41,577 nucleotides of DNA from an uncultured Spirochaetales bacterium (lineage in GTDB: Bacteria > Spirochaetota > Spirochaetia > SZUA-6 > CAZLRN01): contig CAZLRN010000001.1 in the NCBI GenBank assembly GCA_964561715.1, forward strand, positions 1-41,577. The letters run 5' to 3'. Positions 8,571 to 15,046 of this stretch are shown one piece after another. Both the position numbers and the translations under genes were made by a program. The notes under the pieces were generated by a model. That model was not told the origin of the DNA, did no database searches, and worked only from the letters and a program-made list of their open reading frames with translations. Within the stretch, counting starts at the first letter, position 1. Each line of letters opens with the position of its first letter.

Positions 8571-8759
8571 TTAGACAAAAGTATCTACACTATGATCAAC
8601 GTCTTGAGCCTGGGAGTCGTTTGCTTCCTTAGTCTGCAGCCCTCTAATGCCCAGGTAGAGAATCGATTTAATTTCGTTCTCATTGATCACATTGATCTCT
8701 CGGGCATGTTGCTGCGCGAGGTAGCTGATCTGTCCCATGACGGCAGAATCTATCTTCAT
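8571..8759 (-). CDS. Possible small hypothetical protein (62 aa)
   Basis: It is co-directional with the flanking genes, and ATG 8759 is preceded by GGAG with 6-nt spacing. No family is recognised. The competing plus-strand ORF 8535-8798 looks less likely. Confidence 0.4.
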   Translation of the reverse strand: MKIDSAVMGQISYLAQQHAREINVINENEIKSILYLGIRGLQTKEANDSQAQDVDHSVDTFV

Positions 8760-8853
8760 AATAGTTCTCCATCCTGTTTATCGGCGATTCGTTTCTAATT
8801 GATTAAAAAAAAAAGAATCTGTTTGCGAATAGAAAGGCATTTCAAAGGATGAA

Positions 8854-9531
8854 TTAAGTGCCGGACATCTCATCCATGACGGCTTTCAAATGTCGTGCGA
8901 TTTCTCTGTTGCCCGGCGCAAGGTCGAGTGCTTTGCGCAGATACGTGCGTGCGTCTCCCAGGTCACCATTCTTGTAGCAGGCCCAACCTAGAGAGTCGAG
9001 ATACGCCGGATTGTTGGGGCTTAGCTGAACTGCCCGTCTGCAGTGAGCGAGAGCCTTCTCATAGTTTAGATCTTCAGCTGCATAGATATAGCCTAGCGAG
9101 TTGAGAGCGTTGGGATAGTCAGGATCAAGCCCTAGAGATTTGCTCAGCATCTGAATGCTTTCGTCAACCCGGTTGAGGTTGTAGTAGATATATCCCAGAG
9201 AGGCGTAGATCTGTATTGATTCCATTCCAAGCTCAAGAAGCTTTCCAAATTCGAACTCCGCGAGTTTGTATCGCCCGGTAACCGAATATATATATCCCAG
9301 GATCATTCTACTCTGATAGATATGCAGGAAGCTTGTATGCGAGTTCACCACTTGCTCCAGGTAGAGCAATCCTTCGTCGTATTTTCCAAGCTGTGTCAAT
9401 GTCAGTCCGATGTAGTAGGCGAGTTCGCTGTTTTCGGACGGATCTTCGTCCACCGCGCGGAATTCCTCTAATGCCTGTTGGTACCTCTTGGTGTTGTAAA
9501 ACTTGATTCCTCTCTGAATGCTTGCTTCCAT
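8854..9531 (-). CDS. TPR repeat protein
   Basis: Multiple 34-aa TPR units are visible, for example YNTKRYQQALEEFRAV, LGYIYYNLNRVDESIQMLSKSLGLDPDYPNALNSLGYIY and YKNGDLGDARTYLRKALDLAPGN. The start overlaps the surE stop (TAATG). Confidence 0.88.
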   Translation of the reverse strand: MEASIQRGIKFYNTKRYQQALEEFRAVDEDPSENSELAYYIGLTLTQLGKYDEGLLYLEQVVNSHTSFLHIYQSRMILGYIYSVTGRYKLAEFEFGKLLELGMESIQIYASLGYIYYNLNRVDESIQMLSKSLGLDPDYPNALNSLGYIYAAEDLNYEKALAHCRRAVQLSPNNPAYLDSLGWACYKNGDLGDARTYLRKALDLAPGNREIARHLKAVMDEMSGT

Positions 9532-10298
9532 TATGCTTTCTCTCCGGACCAGATTGATGCATTCCGGTATCGGTTTTCGATTTGATGGTTCAAGGGATGA
9601 ATCAGAATTGGCGAAATCGAGATCCTTCCGGATGCGACCGCATCATAGTCAGATCCATTCTCTATGTGGGACTCTGGAGGAGGCCCCTTTATCGTGCAGT
9701 ATGAGGTGCTTTCCGTCTCTTTTCTTATGTCCAGCTTATCTCTGTAAATCCGAAGGGACGGAAAGGTGATCGATATGCTCTGCTTTGGATTGATCACTTC
9801 GGGAAAATTGATGTTGAGAAAATGATCCGCCGAAGCCAACTCCTTGAAGAGCTCAAGATTTCGCGCGACGAACTCAACGGCAAACTCTATTGATTGCCGG
9901 GTGTGATTGCCAACCAGAGAGGCGGCGAGAGCAGGAATGCCCATGAGTGCAGCTTGCCTTGCAGCTGCTGCTGTCCCCGAGTAAATGAGGTCTGTTCCAA
10001 GATTGGGCCCTATGTTGGGACCCGACAAGACCATATCGATTTTTGCATCCATTAAACCAAGTGCCGCCAAAATCACACAATCGGCCGGTGTCCCGCTGCA
10101 AGCGTAGACACGTTCGCTTCGCCTCTCTACCCTAATTGCATTTCGAAGCGTGATAGAATGGGACGAGGCGCTGCGTTCAGCGTCAGGTGCAAAGATCCAA
10201 ACCTCGTGCTCGTCGCCAAGCCGCTTTGCCAAAGCCGAGAGACTCACGCTTTCAACTCCGTCATCATTCGTGAGTAATAAGTGCATAGATCCAGGCAT
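9531..10298 (-). CDS. surE: 5'/3'-nucleotidase SurE
   Basis: Contains MHLLLTNDDGVES, GPNIGPNLG and YSGTAAAARQAAL. The family-like start is the Met at 10286, while the ORF track starts at 10298. Confidence 0.92.
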   Translation of the reverse strand: MPGSMHLLLTNDDGVESVSLSALAKRLGDEHEVWIFAPDAERSASSHSITLRNAIRVERRSERVYACSGTPADCVILAALGLMDAKIDMVLSGPNIGPNLGTDLIYSGTAAAARQAALMGIPALAASLVGNHTRQSIEFAVEFVARNLELFKELASADHFLNINFPEVINPKQSISITFPSLRIYRDKLDIRKETESTSYCTIKGPPPESHIENGSDYDAVASGRISISPILIHPLNHQIENRYRNASIWSGEKA

Positions 10299-10358
10299 CA
10301 GTCAGTAAAATTTTCGGTTGTTATTAAGTTATAGGTGAGCAAGCTGAGATCATAGTAT

Positions 10359-10380
10359 TTGAAAAGCTGCAACTTTTCAA
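10359..10380. promoter_or_regulatory. Perfect 8-bp inverted repeat hairpin between the GNAT gene and surE
   Basis: ttgaaaag (10359-10366), loop ctgcaa, cttttcaa (10373-10380). It has an AT-rich stem and lies just after the GNAT stop on the minus strand. It could be a weak terminator, attenuator or operator. Confidence 0.35.
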
Positions 10381-10384
10381 CTCA

Positions 10385-10855
10385 CTATGCTTTCGCTTTC
10401 GGTCCCCTAATCGACCACTTAAATATCTTGGCCATTAAGTAGGCGTGGCCCCCGTCTCTGTAGTAGTTGCTGATGGTGTCGATAATTTTGAAGCCCTCTT
10501 TCCTGTAGAAGCTCAAGGCTGGATGGTTTTCGACGGAGACATGCAGGCATTCCATGCTCACTCTGTGTGTTCTAAGTTCTTCCTCGATATAATGCAGCAT
10601 GCTCGTGCCGAATCCCTTTCGTCGATAGGAGGGATGAACGTCAATCGTTATAAGCTCGGCAATATCACCGCTCCACACGGAAAGTATGAACGCGACAACT
10701 TGCTTTTCTTCCTCGAAGAGAATCCCAAGGCTTTTTTGTAGTGAGAGAAAATAGGAAAACTCATCAACGGAGTAGACAGCGCTGCGGGCAAAACAGAGGC
10801 GATCGAGATCGACCAGACTGTCGATATCATCTGCTGTGATAGGCCGTCGATGCAT
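10385..10855 (-). CDS. GNAT family N-acetyltransferase (RimI-like)
   Basis: Contains ITIDVHPSYRRKGFGTSMLHYIEEEL (acetyl-CoA binding motif A) and ALSFYRKEGF. The start directly abuts the stop of the upstream ClpX-like gene (TAGATG). Confidence 0.88.
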   Translation of the reverse strand: MHRRPITADDIDSLVDLDRLCFARSAVYSVDEFSYFLSLQKSLGILFEEEKQVVAFILSVWSGDIAELITIDVHPSYRRKGFGTSMLHYIEEELRTHRVSMECLHVSVENHPALSFYRKEGFKIIDTISNYYRDGGHAYLMAKIFKWSIRGPKAKA

Positions 10856-11953
10856 CTACTGCTCTAAGCTTTCGAGTTTCTTTTCAACTGAGCCTTTGGT
10901 TAGACGGACGGCCTTGCCTTTGAGCTCCGGTGCCTTGAACATGATATCCTCGAGGATCTCCTCCATCACTGTTCGCAATGCACGGGCTCCTATTTTTTTC
11001 CTTTCGGCGTATCTTACGATTGGAATCAGTACATCTCGATCCACGGAGAGGGCGATACCATCGATACTGAGAAGCCTGCGATACTCATTGAGAATCGAAT
11101 CAGGCGGCAACATCAAGACGTCAATCAGCTCCTCTTCCGACAAAGCCCTCATGCCGATCCGAATCGGAAGGCGCCCGAGAAACTCCGGCATAAAGCCATA
11201 CTTCTGAAAGCTTTCCAGGCTGATAACGTTCTCGGTTTCTTCCTTTTCGCGGACACTACTGGAAAAACCCTTGACCATGCTGCTCTTGTATTGAGCAAGG
11301 TCCGAGAATGCTCCAGCGCAGATAAACAGTATATCCGAGACCTCGACCGGCACAAAATCATGGCGGTTCCAATGCTGCGTCACGTTTATGGGCGCAAAGA
11401 CGGTTTTACCCTCCAGAAGCTTGAGCAGCGCCTGCTGTACGCCCTCGCCGCCGATGTCCCGATTTCCGGCACCTGTTCTCAAGCCCCCTCGGCGTGTGGC
11501 AATCTTATCAATTTCATCGATGAAAACGATGCCCTGTTGGGCCTCTTCGACATTTCCCGTTTTGAGGAGGAGCTCGCCTACGATGGTCTCGACATCTTTG
11601 CCGTAGTACCCGGCTTCCGTATAATCGGTGGCATCGACGATAATTATTGGCAAATCCAAAATACGGGCCAAGTTTCTTGCTAGGTGGGTCTTACCGCATC
11701 CCGTTGGACCGTATAGAAGAATGTTGGCCTTGTTGATCGGGTTTTTGGGATTTTGCCGGTTGTATCGTATCCGTTTGATATGATTGTGGGCAGCCAGTGC
11801 GATCTTCCTTTTTGCACGTTCCTGACCGATGACGTAGCTGTGTAAGCCTTGATAAATCTCTTCGGGAGTGAGGCAGGGTAGCTCCCGTTGGCTGTTGTGC
11901 GACAGCCTGCTGGGCAGGCTGTTGATTTCAGTTTTGTGTCTCCCTTTAGCCAT
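10856..11953 (-). CDS. ClpX-family AAA+ ATPase paralogue lacking the N-terminal zinc-binding domain
   Basis: Contains LTPEEIYQGLHSYVIGQERAKRKIA, Walker A GPTGCGKTHLAR, pore loop AGYYGKDVE, Walker B VFIDEIDKI, PEFLGRLP and GARALRTVMEE. There is no Cys-cluster N-domain. Confidence 0.85.
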   Translation of the reverse strand: MAKGRHKTEINSLPSRLSHNSQRELPCLTPEEIYQGLHSYVIGQERAKRKIALAAHNHIKRIRYNRQNPKNPINKANILLYGPTGCGKTHLARNLARILDLPIIIVDATDYTEAGYYGKDVETIVGELLLKTGNVEEAQQGIVFIDEIDKIATRRGGLRTGAGNRDIGGEGVQQALLKLLEGKTVFAPINVTQHWNRHDFVPVEVSDILFICAGAFSDLAQYKSSMVKGFSSSVREKEETENVISLESFQKYGFMPEFLGRLPIRIGMRALSEEELIDVLMLPPDSILNEYRRLLSIDGIALSVDRDVLIPIVRYAERKKIGARALRTVMEEILEDIMFKAPELKGKAVRLTKGSVEKKLESLEQ

Positions 11954-12032
11954 CCTTACTAGTATAGTTCGACATCGAGCAGGAGAGCAAATTTTCAGAA
12001 GAAATCTCTATCTAGCCGCCTGAACATTTTCA

Positions 12033-12179
12033 CTGCAGTTTCGAAGCCATCGGGGCGCGTAGCCCGTATCGGGTGGGAGGGCTCAGCGTGGGCGGCTGAG
12101 CCCGCCCACGCTGAGCCCGCCCCGCTGCTTCGGGTGGGCGGCTGAGCCCGGACCGTGCTGAAGAGGTAGTCTTTTACTA
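12033..12179. repeat. Copy 2, an expanded version of the GC-rich palindromic dispersed repeat (REP/MITE-like)
   Basis: It starts ctgcagtttcgaagcc (12033-12048). The core carries several gggtggg(a/c)gg(g)ct(c/g)agc and gcccacgctgagccc modules. It ends gctgagcccggaccg (12141-12155)...gtcttttacta (12169-12179), directly abutting the lnt ATG at 12181. It lies between divergent genes. Confidence 0.8.
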
Positions 12180-12180
12180 G

Positions 12181-13854
12181 ATGACACTCTTGTATAAACT
12201 AACGCCGATGAGATTCCGGATTTTCCTTTTCACCTTACTTTCCGCTTTGCTCTTACCTCTGGCATTGCCGAACGATCTATACATCTATGGCAATCCGCTG
12301 CTGGGTTTTATCTGCCTGGCCCCATACTTTCTCTCCATTGCTCTCGCACCGACATTTCGTTTTTCGTCGGTTCTGGGAGTTGTATTTGGGGGAGTGTCTA
12401 CGGTTCTTGTGCACTACTGGCTTCTCTTCTATGGCGAGTATTCCTTTTGGACGGTTAGCGGTGTAACTCTCGGATATATGGGCTACCATGCTTTGCTGGC
12501 GCCGATGCTGCGCGGTCTCAGTCGAACAAGGCCAACATATCGTGTATTCCTGCTGGCAGCGGGCTGGGCGGTTTACGAATATCTGAAATCCTCAGGTTTC
12601 TTGGGCTTTCCGTGGGGGCTTTTGCCCCACGCGATTAACACCGTTGATCCACTCGTGCAGATCGTTGATATAACGGGTATCTGGGGTCTGTCCCTTCTGC
12701 TAGCCCTTTCGAATGCCTGGTTCGCGGAGCTGGCACTCTCATTCTACAGGATTTACAGGCAGGAACGAAAAGCATTGTTGCTCCAATTGGCATTTGTGGT
12801 CATCTTGATCGCTGCAACCCTGGGCTATGGGGTCTACAGCCTATGGCGCGATATTCCATATAGCGCTCACGTTAGAGTCTTGCTTGTTCAGAACAACGAA
12901 GATCCCTGGTCATCGGGTCGTTCAGCCGAGGCAATTGTTGCAGCCCAGAATTTGACTCTCAGGGGTTTGGGCAAAACAGCAAGCGGCAACGAGAACCAAC
13001 CAGATGTAATCGTCTGGAGCGAAACGGCTGTCCGATACTACATCAGGGAGGAGCAGTTTGGGAGCATCCTGAAAAGGGTACCGAAACAGAGACCCCTTTA
13101 TGGATTCATCAGGGAGCTGGATTCTTATTTTCTCATAGGTGCTCCCTTTCGACCCGTGGGAGAATCCCGATTCTACAACGCCTCCCTTCTGATCTCTCCC
13201 GAAGGAGAGCTTCTCGATTACTATGGCAAACAGCACCTCGTGCCCTTTGCGGAGGTGGTTCCTTTCTGGGGCTTCTTTCCTGTTAGATACTTTTTCGGTG
13301 AGATCCTCGGACTGGCAGCTGGTTGGGGAATCGGCACAGAAGCCACTATCTTCGAATTGCCCCTTTCCGATGGCCAGAAACTGAGATTCGGCACTCCTAT
13401 CTGTTTTGAAGATGCCTATCCAGATCTCTGCCGGAAATTCATACGTAAAGGAGCCGATGCCTGGATCAATCTGACCAATGTCTCCTGGTCCCGGCGTGAA
13501 TCGGCGGAGATCCAGATGCTCGTTGCAGCGAGATTCAGATCGATCGAAAACAGAAGGGTAATGATTCGGTGTACCAATGGGGGGGTGACCTCGATTATTG
13601 GAGCGAAGGGCGAGATTACCAGAATGCTCGGCCTATTTCGCCAAGACACCCTTGCGGCGGAGGTTCCTATCTATCGCCCCACATCGCCGACAATCTATAC
13701 TCTATTCGGTGATTACCTGCCGATTGTCCTGGCGATGGTCCTTCTTGGCTTCCTATCGCTTAATGCTTTCAGGTCTCTGATCTATCGTAAGGGATGCGGA
13801 GAATCCGATTTATCTCCTCTAAGGGCGAGATATACCGAAGAAAACGAATCGTGA
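12181..13854 (+). CDS. lnt: Apolipoprotein N-acyltransferase
   Basis: It has a multi-TM N-terminal half followed by a CN-hydrolase domain (VIVWSETA, KQHLVPFAEVVPF, GTPICFEDAYPD) and a final TM helix. An alternative start is the Met at 12208. Confidence 0.9.
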   Translation: MTLLYKLTPMRFRIFLFTLLSALLLPLALPNDLYIYGNPLLGFICLAPYFLSIALAPTFRFSSVLGVVFGGVSTVLVHYWLLFYGEYSFWTVSGVTLGYMGYHALLAPMLRGLSRTRPTYRVFLLAAGWAVYEYLKSSGFLGFPWGLLPHAINTVDPLVQIVDITGIWGLSLLLALSNAWFAELALSFYRIYRQERKALLLQLAFVVILIAATLGYGVYSLWRDIPYSAHVRVLLVQNNEDPWSSGRSAEAIVAAQNLTLRGLGKTASGNENQPDVIVWSETAVRYYIREEQFGSILKRVPKQRPLYGFIRELDSYFLIGAPFRPVGESRFYNASLLISPEGELLDYYGKQHLVPFAEVVPFWGFFPVRYFFGEILGLAAGWGIGTEATIFELPLSDGQKLRFGTPICFEDAYPDLCRKFIRKGADAWINLTNVSWSRRESAEIQMLVAARFRSIENRRVMIRCTNGGVTSIIGAKGEITRMLGLFRQDTLAAEVPIYRPTSPTIYTLFGDYLPIVLAMVLLGFLSLNAFRSLIYRKGCGESDLSPLRARYTEENES

Positions 13855-15046
13855 TCGAGTAGCCCTTGCGAGATCGCGCCGCGATCGATTTGCCGAGGCA
13901 ATCCTCGATGGGTCCCACCAGATCTGGAAAAAACTCCATTCGTCTTGGCTTGAATGTGTAAGAATCCCCGTCAAATGAAAGGCTCGCAATACGGGGAGGG
14001 AACGGTACCAGAAAGATTAAAAACCGCGAGGAACCGCCGCCTACTGAGAGGGTTTGTCCAGGAACTAGAAGATTAATGTTGCGAAACCCTATATGGCGAT
14101 TCTGCTGATCCACCCGCATTTCGATTAAGGGTCCCTTTTTTCTGCTTGCGAAGAAGCCGAACACTTTTCGATAGGCACGAGATGGATGCATATAGCGATC
14201 GAGTTTGGATTTAAGGCTGTTGGCTCTGACCAAAGAGACAAGGATGAAGACTGCCAACAGTGACAATAGAACGATCAGGATAGGGTAGAGTACCTTGCCG
14301 ACATCCTCAATAGTTACTCGAGCCCTCTCTTCCTGCTGGGCTGTCTGTTTTGTTGGCTCCTGAACCGATGTTTGCATCTCCTTACTGACCTGCTCTTTTT
14401 CGGAGTAGTCTGCCACATTGGTGTCGAGTTCATCGGCGAATATCTTTAGGGCATTTTCTGTCTGGGTCGGCTCTCCTGGTATCCGTTCTGACTGCTCTTG
14501 CATAGGCATCTGGAGTATATGCACAGCCCATCCCTTCTGCTTTATAATCCTGGCTTGGGAGCGCAAATCTTCGATAAACTCTTTTCGATCAATGTTGTAG
14601 TAGGGACTTCTTGGAGGCGGATCGTGTATGCCGTCGGAAAGGAGAAGGATGACTTTCTCTCTCTGAGGAGGAAGGGCCGTCGCGAAGTCTGTGAGAAACC
14701 TCACCGCAGCAACCAGGTCGGTGTATAGCCCGAGAGGCTTCAAACTGTATAGCTTGAGGATGATTTTTTGAAGGGATTTCTCGTCCGCCATATCCTCCGA
14801 AATCTCGATCTCCGGACGAGAAGAGAAACTGAGAAAGTGGAAGCTGTCGCCAAATCGAACGACCTCTTTGAGAATGTCGTCTTTGAAATAGTGAACAAGG
14901 TCCTCAAAATAGGGGTCCATGCTTGCAGAGATATCGATCATCACGACGATATCTTTAGGATCGTCTCCTCTCAGAATCTGAGGTGCTAAGAAGAGCAGGA
15001 TAGCGATGCAGATCACCGCCACGATGTTTGGTGTTATAGGTCTCAT
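13769..15046 (-). CDS. Membrane protein with a signal/anchor, an extracytoplasmic vWA domain, a TM helix and a beta-rich (FHA-like?) C-terminal domain
   Basis: The MIDAS motif is VVMIDISASMD, and LLLSDGIHDPPPRSPYY is also present. The internal TM helix is VLYPILIVLLSLLAVFILVSLV. The C-terminal segment is TLSVGGGSSRFLIFLVPFPPRIASLSFDGDSYTF. The ATG overlaps the greA stop (ATGA at 15046-15043). Confidence 0.85.
   Translation of the reverse strand: MRPITPNIVAVICIAILLFLAPQILRGDDPKDIVVMIDISASMDPYFEDLVHYFKDDILKEVVRFGDSFHFLSFSSRPEIEISEDMADEKSLQKIILKLYSLKPLGLYTDLVAAVRFLTDFATALPPQREKVILLLSDGIHDPPPRSPYYNIDRKEFIEDLRSQARIIKQKGWAVHILQMPMQEQSERIPGEPTQTENALKIFADELDTNVADYSEKEQVSKEMQTSVQEPTKQTAQQEERARVTIEDVGKVLYPILIVLLSLLAVFILVSLVRANSLKSKLDRYMHPSRAYRKVFGFFASRKKGPLIEMRVDQQNRHIGFRNINLLVPGQTLSVGGGSSRFLIFLVPFPPRIASLSFDGDSYTFKPRRMEFFPDLVGPIEDCLGKSIAARSRKGYSITIRFLRYISPLEEINRILRIPYDRSET

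Noticed and set aside
10385-11953. The ClpX-like ATPase and GNAT pair, considered as a possible defence or toxin-antitoxin module
   Set aside because: No nuclease, toxin or sensor domain is present. The pair sits in a housekeeping operon with surE. I kept only the narrower observation about the atypical ClpX loops.
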